A stretch of 64,000 nt of DNA from Nemertoderma westbladi. Its lineage: Eukaryota > Animalia > Xenacoelomorpha. Below are positions 33,270-44,705 of this stretch, piece after piece. The notes below the pieces were generated by a model. It saw only the letters and a list, made by a program, of their open reading frames with translations. It made no database searches and was not told the DNA's origin. Every line of letters begins with the position of its first letter. Within the stretch, counting starts at the first letter, position 1. Location: the NCBI GenBank assembly GCA_032718475.1, contig JAUCBJ010002639.1:18069-82068 (forward strand), read 5' to 3'. Both the position numbers and the translations under genes were made by a program.

Positions 33270-33768
33270 ACCAGCATGTTGGCCAATAAATGAGCAGTAT
33301 TTAATGAGAATCAATTTTTTACGCCGTTTTAATTACTTTAGATCAATTAAAGACACAATTATTAAAGCAAATCACTTGAACTAATTAAAAACTATAATAG
33401 AATGGCGTATGTGGATTACATCTGTATAATTTTTAAGTATAATTATTTAAATCTTATACTGTAAAACAATTAATTTCCTTTAAAAGGCAGGTTGAAAATG
33501 GTGTTTTTACAGTAATCAACTTAATTAACTAATTAACTGCTATTATCTTAGCTTCTCGAAGGCCACACGGAAATTCTACTTGGAAAATTTCTAACCTTTT
33601 GCCAAACAACATGTGTACCAAGTTTGGATAGATTTCATCAAAGATTGGCCGAGTTATTAACGTTTAAAATTGAACGCGACAGAACGACAGAACGACAGAA
33701 CGACAGAACGACAGGTTGATTAATGGTACCACTACGCTAAGGCTCACTCACTTCGTGGCTCGCCCCAC
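33268..33768 (-). mobile_element. Same element, copy 4 (first ~500 bp, inverted)
   Basis: Reverse complement of the 5' 500 bp; ends GGCTCGCCCCAC at 33768. Confidence 0.9.
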
Positions 33769-34222
33769 AAGATAGTTTATTTTGACTGTTTGAGGTGAAG
33801 CAAAATAAGCTAAATAAATTACATTCTGCTCTACCTCAATATCTAATATCTTATGTCAGTCCTATTATTTATTATCATCCTTCAGTCATTCACGCTTCAG
33901 TCCATTATTACTTAATATTGACAATATAATTAATTAATGTTTATACTTTAATAGTCGCCAGTGAAGTATAGTTTGGTGGAGGGAGCGTGGAGGCATAGAG
34001 GCAGAAATATATTAGATATTATCTAATGAGATGATGTTTTAGAAACAAGACCCCAACTCAGACCCATTTGTAATGCTTTATTATTTAATGTAGGGAAATC
34101 AGCAGCTATCAGGGTTATCTTCTATTTACTGATCTACAGACAGACAGATCCAGAGATCTAATTGTATTCGATCCAAGGACTACTACACTACAGGACTGGC
34201 ATACTGCCTGATTTAATTTTCC

Positions 34223-34296
34223 GGTTTATGTTTAATATTCAGGATTGTTACTTAATCCATTTATTAAGTAACAATCCCGAATATTAAACATAAACC
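34223..34296. other. Near-perfect 74-nt hairpin (34-bp arms, 1 mismatch, 6-nt loop)
   Basis: GGTTTATGTTTAATATTCAGGATTGTTACTTAAT-ccattt-ATTAAGTAACAATCCCGAATATTAAACATAAACC. Confidence 0.9.
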
Positions 34297-35705
34297 AATT
34301 TATTATTAATCTGAAGAGCCCGAATCGGGGCCATTGATGTGTTTTCACGTACTAGCAATATAAAGTAAGAACCTAATAATAATAGCCCTATAAAGTAATA
34401 ATATCAGAAAGGGAGTTGGGGGAGTGTGGGGGTTCCCTGGAACCTGGCTTGAGAACTTTTAGGATAGTAAATGACCAGAGATAAAGAATATAAAGAGAGG
34501 TCCATGTATGTATATTGTATAGAAATACCGCTAGTCAGCGAGTTGAATCCGTCATCCGTGTCACAACATTCCCCTGTGGATAGGGAAACTGTTCACATCG
34601 TTTTTATGTCGCACAATGTAATAAACACGGTCGTTCAAGACTATAATGAATAGTTAGTACACAACACTCGTCCCCTTTTGTTACAATAAAGCCTCGCTGC
34701 GCTCGTCCATTATTTCTTGACACCAAAATATATTATGTTATTAATAATTACGATTGTGTACTAAATTTCATGAAAATCCTTTGATAACAATGTCTATAAC
34801 AATATAGAGCAATTCCAAACTAATGAACTTTGCTAGCGAAGTCGGATGAAGGGGTGTGCCAGTCCTGTAGTATAGTAAGTAGTCCTTGCAGCCTTGATTC
34901 GATCATAATCAATTGTATCATACAGTATACTGGTATATGCCTACATATCATAATGCAGTACTGTCATAGGCCTAGACTGTAATGTAATATATACTGCATA
35001 CTGGTACAGGGACAGGCAGACAGGCCAGGTTGGAATTCATGCATGAGCGCGCAGGTACGCTTTGTTGTTTTGAAATCACCGCGCACCTGAAATTGGCTCG
35101 TCGCGCACCTCATCATATGTCATAATCCAAACAAAATCGCGCAGCTCATGTCATGCATATCTCAAAAAATCGCACAGTTCATAAGAACAATTTTACATTC
35201 CTATTTTACAAGTTTGAGCGTTTTAAGCTTATCTTTACAGTACGTCTGTCTGTCTGTACGTTGAATCTAGGCTTACATAATAAATGTAATTTTTGCAACA
35301 TCAAAATTGTTAATATTAAAAAATATTTTTTTAATCCACTACTACAGTACTATGGTGGCCCATCGGGCTCACTGCTTTTATAACAGAAAATATTATTTTA
35401 GATTACAAACAAAACATGTACCGGTAATTTCAAAAAAACGAATATTGAAATAATTAATATTGGTAATCAATACACCGTTAATGCCAATCTAATTAACGGC
35501 CGACTTATTCTCGGGTTGGTTGTATTAATATTAGCATGTTTGTGGATTTGTTTATTTTTTGTAATTATTTTCAAATTTTATCAAAATTATCGTTTTAACC
35601 GGTATTTTTATGTTGTATATTTTTATTTATAAAGTACGGCTCTACCTCGAGTGGGAATAATAAATGTTTCTTCATTATTAATTCGACGAACTATATTCTC
35701 TGAGT

Positions 35706-36433
35706 ATGCCGAAAGCTAGCCAACCTTGGTCACCATGGTTACCAATAGACCACACGTGGTATTACCATAGAAACGAGGCGCCACCATTATTGGCAATCCG
35801 AGAGAACACGACTGCAGCGCAGGGGAAATGATGAAAGATATATACCGACACTCTGGCAACAATAATGTTCTATAACTTTCGCAAAGATATGACATTTCTA
35901 CCTACAGAATACCGCCGGATTTCCTAAACAAATCGAGGCGAAAATATAAAACTGGAAACCCTTTTTCTTTCCACGACAACCGACACCAGACGCGCGACTA
36001 CGGGGTTTATTTCGACGAGAAGTTTGGGAAGTTTAAATCCTACGGAGATATGCGGCAGCATCTGTCTGCGAACCACATCGAGTGGGTGAGTGACACAGCT
36101 GGGCGAGGTACCCGGCCCTACACGTCGGTTTACCGGAGGAGTTTCAACCGAGTCTCGTCTGTAACCCCGGATACTACCGCGGGGATATCGCTTGATATCC
36201 CTCCCGTATTCCGGGCCGCCACCTCGGAATCATTCCGACCCCACTCCCGCTTCCCCCGTGTCTACCCGACCCCCGTAGTCAGGGCGACTGATCGCTCGGA
36301 ATATATCCGGGTTGGTATGACAGCCCCTGATTCCGGTTCATTTAGGACTCCTCTTCGCTCCCTCGCTTTGGCACAGGAACCGTTCCAGAAACCCAATAAC
36401 TGGCGATATTCAAACAGAGGCGTTAAAATATAA
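35706..36433 (+). pseudogene. TEX36: TEX36-like / HDNR-domain gene with a frameshift and an in-frame stop (or an unrecognised intron)
   Basis: 'MPK...P....DHTWYYH' from 35706; 'NPFSFHDNRH...GVYFD..FG...RQHLSAN', 'RFPR', 'RTPL..LA.AQEPF...N.WRYS'; frame change near 35790-35825; TAA at 35873. Confidence 0.65.
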
Positions 36434-37068
36434 TAGGATTTATTTGTATATTATTAGGTAATAAAGAATTTTAATTAACAATTAATTTGTTGAATTATAT
36501 CAGCTGGTTTTGAAAAGTCCAAATTTTGCTCTCGGAACTGCTCCGTCGTTCTCAAAATGTTTCTATAAAATATATTAGGTAATATTAGGCAGACAACTGA
36601 TACGGATGTTGAAATATTTAAGGCAACACTTATGAGTTAAGGTGCACCTTAGCTAAGGTTGATTTATATGCAACCGGCCCCTCCTGGTCTAACCACAAGT
36701 TAAGTAAATAAAGTTAAGTTATTGCAACTATAATTTATTAATATATTGTAAATATTAACCAAACATAAACCAATAACCCATAACCATCACACATATAAAC
36801 TGGTAACATATAGCAGAATAGCCAAGGTTCAGTCTCTTCAAAAACTCATTGGGAATTCAAACTGCAAAATAAATAATAAAAACGTTAAGTAAATAATTTT
36901 ATAGTAAAAAACGATTTTTATTCCGGAACTCATTATTATTAATCAGGAACTTTTCACACAAATATCATATATTTTATTTTTATTTATTATTATATTAATA
37001 TTATTTATAATCCTCAACGCAACTCTATTGTAATTATTTAGTAACTTTATATAAAACTTACAGTTTTA

Positions 37069-37749
37069 CTAAATCCAAATCTTCATTTCAACTCGAGATG
37101 CCGGATTCCAATCAGTAAAATGACGCCAATGAGGTCCTTTCCATTCCCCCGCACCATATTCTCCGTTCAAGTTACTGTACGCGCAGCCCCTGTACCACCA
37201 CGGCCCAGTACGTATTACGGCGCAGTTGCGGTCGTCCAACTCGTCATTATCGCGGTCCTTGGTAGAGAATGGATACCCGTTGGAATAATCCAATGCGTCA
37301 CCAGCAGTACCATGGTAACCGGATACATCGAGGGTGTAATTAGTTGCAGCTGATCCGACAGAGAAGTTGTTGTATTCCGCGTATTTGTGTTCGTTGGTGT
37401 AATCCACCCACTCCCATCTATCATCACCATCACCAGCTTCATGTCCCCTTCCAGTGAACCACAAATCGACCCTCAACTTCACCCCGCCTTTACTCAGCTT
37501 GTGGATCGCCTCCAACCCCAACCAAAAATTGGTATTCGGGTCGCCAAATCCTTCAACATATTCATCCCAGTTTTGATAGAAGTCAACAGATCCATCAACT
37601 CTTTGTTGAATCTTCACCCCATCTTTTTGCATTATTAGCCCAGGAGCCATTATCTGATACAGTGTAATGGATGAAATCACTATATCTGTATCATGTAACC
37701 TGTAAACGAACTCTTCCAACTCTGTATTCTGTTCTTCCAGCTCTGTAAC
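37069..37749 (-). CDS. Secreted fibrinogen-related domain (FReD) protein, exon 3
   Basis: Acceptor cctaacag|GTT; short coiled coil, then 'QQRVDGSVDFYQNWDEYVEGFG', 'FWLGLEAIH', 'FSTKDRDND', 'NCA', 'WWYRGCAYSNLNG', 'EMKI'. Confidence 0.93.
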   Translation of the reverse strand, partial: VTELEEQNTELEEFVYRLHDTDIVISSITLYQIMAPGLIMQKDGVKIQQRVDGSVDFYQNWDEYVEGFGDPNTNFWLGLEAIHKLSKGGVKLRVDLWFTGRGHEAGDGDDRWEWVDYTNEHKYAEYNNFSVGSAATNYTLDVSGYHGTAGDALDYSNGYPFSTKDRDNDELDDRNCAVIRTGPWWYRGCAYSNLNGEYGAGEWKGPHWRHFTDWNPASRVEMKIWI

Positions 37750-37871
37750 CTGTTAGGAAATATTTTTACAACTTTTATGAATTCAACTCAACTTTGTCAC
37801 CACTTACAATATCTATGAAATCGCATGAAATTAAAATTAAAATAATAATTTAAAATAACTAATAAACTTAC

Positions 37872-37901
37872 ATTAATGGCTCCACATTGTCCATCATTTG
37901 C
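37872..37901 (-). CDS. FReD protein, 30-nt exon 2 (ANDGQCGAIN)
   Basis: attacag|GCA...AAT|gtaagt, phase 0 at both sides. Confidence 0.7.
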
Positions 37902-37927
37902 CTGTAATAATAAATAAATTATAAATA

Positions 37928-38509
37928 GCTCTGCCGTGCAATGTAAAAAGACCGTAAGTCGCATTTTTCCTAAATTCACTTTTTCTGGGTCTAAATAATG
38001 CGCTCTATCTAATGGTATAATCGAGAACACCGTATCTACTCTAGTTCTCGAGATATGCAATGTAGAAAGGCCGTAAGTCACAACATATGTATAGTGTTAC
38101 AAAGGAAAAAGACCGTAAGTGCAATACTTACAAAAGACCGCAACTAATTGAATTTATGCCAAAAAAAACCGAACAAAAAAACAAGACTTACGGTGTTTTG
38201 TCATTGCATAGATAATAAGAAAACGCAAATACGGTTTTATTGAAATATGTGTCTTGAAATATGTATTTACATATAGGTTGTACAATGCAAAAATACCGTA
38301 AGTACAAAAAATAACTCTGACGTCAAAATATTAATGGAAAGTAAAAAATAATCACGTAAAAAAATTTCCCACCCCCAATCGCGTAGGGTTATAAAAAATT
38401 AGTAATTTACGGACATTTTAAACCAACAATCTGAAAGTAAACACTAATTTGCGTTTTACTCGAAATGAGTTTTTGTCACTTGCGGTCTTTTCACATTACA
38501 CGGCAGAGC
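37928..38509. mobile_element. MITE in FReD intron 1, ~33-bp TIRs, flanked by TA
   Basis: ta-GCTCTGCCGTGCAATGTAAAAAGACCGTAAGT ... ACTTGCGGTCTTTTCACATTACACGGCAGAGC-ta; repeated internal ACCGTAAGT motifs. Confidence 0.85.
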
Positions 38510-39197
38510 TATTGATGAAATAATAATACATTTATATACTAAATAAATAATAATACTGTTAAGTTATTAAGTGTTATCATCGCTAATATTATTTTACATG
38601 CTACTCCAAAAAGTGGGCCTGCCAGAAACTTTTTAAAAATCCACCACATTACAATATTACAAGAAAACTGATAGCTGTGGTATAACTGATATGAACTGGA
38701 TACAACTGGTTTACACTGAAGACAACTGGTGTGGTGATAGGGGACAGCAAAATGTGGACATGGGAATAATACGTGGCGTGGCCAGGGAAACAGACGTGGA
38801 CATACGGATATCCAACGCGACATGGGGAGGCCTGTTGTGGAGAAGGGGACACCCAATGGTGGAGACTGGGGGAGGCCATAATAATAGCAAACCAGTCTGC
38901 AATACTCGACAAAAACCAAAATAAATGTGAACTGAATAACTAACAGACAGTTTGTGAGGAACTGGCTGTTGGCTACAGTCATGTATGCGTTGTCACTCTC
39001 TATAGGATGCTAACCGTTTAAATACAATTTCTGTTTGTGGAATAATTCTGAGAAAATTTTTTTTTTGTATTTTGATGAATAAATCAATAAATCTAACATC
39101 CTTAATAAAGGGTTTCTTTATTCACGTGAGCAAATCATTAAATGAATAATTCAGATAACAACGCTAAATGAATACTTTATGCATTAAATAAACTTAC

Positions 39198-39254
39198 CTG
39201 GAGTAGGAAAAGAGCTGACAGCAGAGAAAATAGTTTAAGACTTACGGGTAACAT
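39198..39254 (-). CDS. FReD protein, exon 1 (signal peptide MLPVSLKLFSLLSALFLLQ)
   Basis: ATG at 39254, 19 mostly hydrophobic codons, CAG|gtaagt donor; TATAAATA (minus strand) ~90 bp upstream. Confidence 0.8.
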
Positions 39255-39511
39255 TTTTACAGTATTTGTAAATAACTTTGTAACTAAAGTTATGATAATT
39301 TTCTGATAGAGAATGGTTTTAAGGCCTAAAACTCCTCCTATTTATACACTTTTGACAAAGGCAATTACTTATGCAATGAATGAAGTCTCATAAAGGCAAT
39401 CAAAGGCGGCAAGTATTAAGACCTTTATAGAACAATTATTAGTAACTAACCTTAGTATAGATACCACTGTGTGTTAGTTATCACTTTAAATTACATTCTT
39501 ATGATTAACTG

Positions 39512-39912
39512 TCACAGAAAGACTGCTGCCGCCTGGCTACCAGTTGCAGTTACAGACAGACTGCGGGCGTCTGGATACCAGTTAAATGCAGACTGCTGGC
39601 ACCTGGCTACCAGTTACAGGCTGACTGCTGGCGCCTGGCTACTAGTTACAGACAGAATCCTGGCACCTGGCTACCATGTTACAGGCAGACTGCTGGCGCC
39701 TGGCTACCAGATACAGACAGACTGCTGGCGCCTGCCCACCAGATACAGAAAGACTCCTGCCACCTGGCTACCAGTTACAGACAGACTGCGGGCGTCTGGA
39801 AACCAGTTACAGGCAGACTGCTAGCGCCTGGCAACCAGATACAGGCAACTGCTAACGCCTGGACCTGGAGACCAGTTACAGACAGACTGCGGGCGCCTGG
39901 CGACCACTTACA
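39512..39912. repeat. Degenerate ~30-bp minisatellite (CAGACTGCTGGCGCCTGGCTACCAGTTACA)
   Basis: About a dozen diverged units visible; short copies also at ~60265-60330 and ~61295-61320. Confidence 0.85.
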
Positions 39913-40009
39913 TACAGGTACTGTACGTCGCAGCGCAGTGGTTACATCGCGTTTCGGCAACTATCACGTTCGGCAAGAGTAGTAATTCGGCAATAAAGAT
40001 ACGTTTCGG

Positions 40010-40335
40010 TAAAACAGAGCACATTACACCAGTGTTGCGTGATCTTCATTGGCTGCCTATTCTGCGCCGTATTGATAATAAATTTGCACTTTTGACATAT
40101 ACAGTAAGTGTGCCTTAATACAGTAATATGGGTCCGGCCTATCTTACTGATCTCTTGCATCCACACTCTCAACCACGCCCACTGCGCTCAAGTGACCAGG
40201 GTCTCCCCATCATCCCACGATTTAACCTAGAGAGCTACTGTAATCGATATTTTGCTGTAGCTGCGCCCAATATTTGGAATTCTCTTCCAATCGGAGTCCG
40301 CCTTACGCCCACTGTTGCGAGTTCTAAGTTTACAT
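40010..40335 (+). mobile_element. L2-clade LINE 3' fragment, degenerate
   Basis: 'EHITPVLRDLHWLPI..RI..K...LTY', 'GPAYLTDLL', 'RPLRSS', 'FAVAAPNIWNSLP'. Confidence 0.85.
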
Positions 40336-40729
40336 GTACTGTACAAAATTGAATATAATTATTGGGGTCACAATATTTCATGACCTCTCCTACTTTTTTA
40401 TACTCTATCCAAATGTAACGGGGTCACAACTTTTACTTTAACACTTTTTTTTATTTGACTTTTATTATTTAGGCAACACCAAGGGCCGTTTGTGTCAAAA
40501 TGACCCATTATAGTTTTACTCATAATAAACAATTGTGCAAAGTCGAATTATGTAAACACGTCAATTTTCCAAGTCAGGGCGATGCTTAATCAACATTGAA
40601 AAGTCAATTCGTCTGTTTGTATGTCTGTTTGTATGTCGGTGCGTGTGTGTGTATGTATAATATGGAAACATATGGAAATATTGTCCATGAACCATATTTT
40701 CTGTATGGAACGTCTTAATTAGACCCTAC

Positions 40730-42398
40730 TGTACCTGTACAAGTGGTAGGGTTGTAGGTAAGATCCTTCTAATTTGATACTTACCGAAGGCCTGGACTAC
40801 TGGTATTATAGTACCTGTACAAGTGGCAGGGTTGTAGGTAAGATCCTTCTAATTTGATACTTACCGAAGGCCTGGACTACTGGTATTATAGTACCTGTAC
40901 AAGTGGCAGGGTTGTAGGTAAGATCCTTCTAATTGGATACTTACCGAAGGCCTGGACTACTGGTATTATAGTACCTGTACAAGAGGCAGGGTTGTAGGTA
41001 AGATCCTTCTAATTGGATACTTCAGTACTTACCGAAGGCCTGGACTACTGGTATTATAGTACCTGTACAAGTGGCAGGGTTGTAGGTAAGATTCTTCTAA
41101 TTGGATACTTACCGAAGGCCTGGACTACTGGTATTATAGTACCTGTACAAGTGGCAGGGTTGTAGGTAAGATCCTTCTAATTGGATACTTACCGAAGGCC
41201 TGGACTAATGGTATTATAGTACCTGTACAAGTGGCAGGGTTCTAGGTAAGATCCTTCTAATTGGATACTTACCGAAGGCCTGGACTACTGGTATTATAGT
41301 ACCTGTACAAGTAGCAGGGTTCTAGGTAAGATCCTTCTAATTGGATACTTACCGAAGGCCTGGACTACTGGTATTATAGTACCTGTACAAGGGGCAGGGT
41401 AGTAGGTAAGATCCTTCTAATTGGATACTTACCGAAGGCCTGGACTACTGGTATTATAGTACCTGTACAAGTGGCAGAGTTGTAGGTAAGATCCTTCTAA
41501 TTGGATACTTACCGAAGGCCTGGACTACTGGTATTATACTACCTGTACAAGTGGCAGGGTTGTAGGTAAGATCCTTCTAATTTTTTTTTCTTTTTTATAT
41601 GTCAATTTAATAAAGCAAAATGCCAACAAATATATACTACGGTACACAATACATTTAGCATTTACGGGGGAAATTCAAACTATTTTTAATATTATTTATT
41701 AATCCTGTCCGTCGCAGCAGTCTGTCAGTGGTAACTGAACTACCCAGCAACCCCGCAGTCCGTGTCCGCGTTCGCCAGCCGTATGGAGGTGTCCAATATC
41801 GCGTGGTGAACTGGCCGCTTGGATGCGGAACGCGCCCCGCGAAGACACATCAGACTGGACCGCAGAAGCGCAAAACTAATTTGTCTCCGGATCCAGGAAA
41901 CACAGTCGGAGTACCGGATTTCACGGCGGTCCGACAGCTTGTATGCCAGCCGTTTCACAAACTGGCGCATTGCTGGGCTGGTAATACTGGTATTATAGTA
42001 CCTGTACAAGTGGCAGAGTAATTAATGTAAGATCCTTCTAATTGGATACTTACCGAAGGCCTGGACTACTGGTATTATAGTACCTGTACAAGTGGCAGGG
42101 TTGTAGGTAAGATACTTCTAATTGGATACTTACTGACTTACCGAAGGCCTGGACTACTGGTATTATAGTACCTGTACAAGGGGCAGGGTAGTAGGTAAGA
42201 TCCTTCTAATTGGATACTTACCGAAGGCCTGGACTACTGGTATTATACAGTAGTACCTGTACAAGTGGCAGGGTTGTAGGTAAGATCCTTCTAATTGGAT
42301 ACTTACCGAAGGCCTGGACTACTGGTATTATAGTACCTGTACAAGAGGCAGGGTTGTAGGTAAGATACTTCTAATTGGATACTTCAGTACTTACCGAA
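40730..42398. repeat. 80-bp satellite array, left part (interrupted by a CRE-like LINE at 41582-41985)
   Basis: Unit TTACCGAAGGCCTGGACTACTGGTATTATAGTACCTGTACAAGTGGCAGGGTTGTAGGTAAGATCCTTCTAATTGGATAC; 80-bp period (40781, 40861, 40941). Confidence 0.98.
41582..41985 (-). mobile_element. 5'-truncated CRE-clade-like non-LTR retrotransposon with A-rich tail
   Basis: 'FVKRLAYKLS...YSDCVSWIRRQISFALLRSSLMCLRGAR' is the C-terminus I associate with CRE-type RT-RLE proteins; T-rich tract at 41581-41596. Confidence 0.8.
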
Positions 42399-43628
42399 TG
42401 TTCGCGCTTTTGAAGACCTTTAGCAGTTTAACCTGCCAAAATTTATATGTCTTTTAGTTAATTAACACACCTTTAGCATACGACAATATTTTATGCTAAT
42501 ACGCAAAACATTAGCCGAAGCCAGCCCATGCGCGATCATTCACCCGATGGATCTACACCCGGGAGGCTGAATTCGGATGCTTAGATTTTATTATTGCAGT
42601 GTAAGGTTGCAGTGTAAACCTATTGTATTATTCGATAGATCACTAATATGTAATTTCTGACAGATATTATTAACTTTCGGGAAATATTAACAGTTCCTTT
42701 AGGACGTGGCGCTCTATCTATTTAAACAGAGCTAGGACTTATACTAAACGCAACGATAAGGCTTATGATTAAAGTATAAGTCGCATTCTTTAGGAAATGC
42801 TTTGTTACCAGTCACATCACACTCACAATCATGCACACTATTCTGCCGACCGTCAGTATATTTGATCACACATAAAGAGAACAGCAATTGACTCAGGTAG
42901 TGTCTACTAAATAACATTAGATTCAATACACACCACATTGATATAAATCGCAATTGTTATATATAGCCCGCCTCTCTAACCTGTAGTGTATCAAGAAAAT
43001 TGGGAATTTGGGGTGATTTATCCGTATTCTCCAAAGGGCAATATTTCCATCAACAAATAGATACAATTAATAACTGACGGTAAATAGCAGTACAAACAAT
43101 ATGATTAGTGCAGTTAAATTAAGTGAGGTAACACCGCCGGTAACAGTTATACTTTCTATAATCTAAGCAGTTTTACTAGAGTTCTTAGAGCCGGTGTTTC
43201 TGGCTTAGACAGCAATAACAACAAAGTATCAAGTAAAAACAGTAAGACTGAACACTCTCCTTATGATCGGCTGAAAAGCTACACGTCGACAGGAAATATC
43301 GCTCTGATTGGCTCAAGCCAAACAAAGAACTATGCGTCCAATGGATGTTTCCATGTCAGCAACCAGCTGTTAGATGTCGTAATATGAATCATCACGGCTA
43401 AGCTGTGAAAGGTAGTTGGTGCATTACAGGTTTTTTGCCTTACCATGTCCGCCAAAACACGTATATAGCAGAATGACTTTTATGTCCATTAAAACACCTG
43501 TAACGGTACCTTGCGGGCGAGGGGAATATATATACAGTTAGAGAACCTTTTTAGAGTATTCCAGCGCCTGGGGGGAAACTGGATTGCGAAGCAAAAGGGG
43601 CCAGTTATATCCCACAGAAGCTTTTACA
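42399..43628 (-). repeat. 3' LTR
   Basis: Matches 53298-54528; by eye one internal mismatch (43297/54197) plus a difference at the terminus. Confidence 0.97.
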
Positions 43629-43706
43629 CCGCTCCCAGAAAATGGGATTTGAGTCTATAAATATACAAAAATCACAGTTTCTAATATACGTAAATACTCT
43701 AAACAG

Positions 43707-44705
43707 TTAGTCTTTCTTGCGCGGACGGCGTTTACGCAGTTTTTTAAAGCTAGCAAGAGTCCTTTTCTCTTTGGGGCGAGCCACTTTACGAGGAGGGCTA
43801 TAACTCCTGGGTGAAGGGTGCAATATGATTGCATCAGAAGGTATGGGATTGCGATCGGTATATCCGCCGGTCGAAGTACCGGGTTGATTGACATCAACGT
43901 CCGGGGAGAGGGGTCTAACGGCTTTGAGAGCTCGTTTCAAGACAGCCGCTCTTACGGGTCCTTTACGAGTGGTCTGAACGAGGGCCGTGGGTGGACCATA
44001 GGCAGTTAGAAACTTCCTTGGTTTAATGGTTCTTTCCAACTCGCGTTCGCGGGCTCTGTACTCGTAAGGCCGTCGATATACTTCCTGTAACTCAGGGTGT
44101 GAGTTGACAAATAAGTCTCCATAGGCCGGATCTTGACGGATAAAGTTTATTAAGTTATACGAATTGATGTCACTCGGATTAATGCTCCTGAGGAATTTGC
44201 GTACATATTTGGTTGAAATACATTCTCCAACGCGCTTCAATAGTTCATAACTTGATAGGCGCGATTTCTGCTCGACGGAGGCAAACAAATATGGATGGAA
44301 CGCATAAACTCCTTCGTAGGCGCGTCCAGGATAATAGCGATGGCGTGAATCACAATGTAAATCAGCGTTCGCTTCCCAAGCTCTGATGTAACGTAGTGTG
44401 ATCATTTCATCTACGCTTTCCAAATCGTGATTAAAAGGGCAATCGAAACTGGCATGTCCCTTTAGTTGACAATGGTGACATTGAGTCATAAATTGAGGGC
44501 AAACCGCAAAAATATGCAAATTATTAAATCTGCAATACGCGCAATATTTTTCATCGCCGGTTGTTCGTGGAAATAGGAACAGCGGACGTTTGTGTCCATG
44601 GGCGTAACATGGTCTCTCGATGCGCATAACCGACAACGTTGCCGAGAAACATAGTTGGCATGGCGATAATCGTACGCAGTGAGACACTGTGGACTTTGAT
44701 ACCAT
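43707..44705 (-). CDS. Extra ORF in the env position of the BEL element, tandem CCHC zinc-knuckle protein
   Basis: 332 aa; 'CAYCRFNNLHIFAVC' and 'CHHCQLKGHASFDC'; very basic C-terminus 'KKLRKRRPRKK'; same strand as gag, ends ~80 bp before the 3' LTR. Confidence 0.75.
   Translation of the reverse strand: MVSKSTVSHCVRLSPCQLCFSATLSVMRIERPCYAHGHKRPLFLFPRTTGDEKYCAYCRFNNLHIFAVCPQFMTQCHHCQLKGHASFDCPFNHDLESVDEMITLRYIRAWEANADLHCDSRHRYYPGRAYEGVYAFHPYLFASVEQKSRLSSYELLKRVGECISTKYVRKFLRSINPSDINSYNLINFIRQDPAYGDLFVNSHPELQEVYRRPYEYRARERELERTIKPRKFLTAYGPPTALVQTTRKGPVRAAVLKRALKAVRPLSPDVDVNQPGTSTGGYTDRNPIPSDAIILHPSPRSYSPPRKVARPKEKRTLASFKKLRKRRPRKKD

Noticed and set aside
29806-33384. Short ORFs inside the GT-junction elements as a transposase
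   Set aside because: All under 105 aa, not conserved in frame between copies, no catalytic motifs
33769-33790. Maverick right end or TSD after the nested cluster
   Set aside because: No CTACTACT terminus, no CCTATC and no resumption of the Penelope sequence
37804-37815. Possible 5-nt micro-exon (ag|ATATT|gtaagt) in FReD intron 2
   Set aside because: Would break the phase-0 frame that exons 2 and 3 already share
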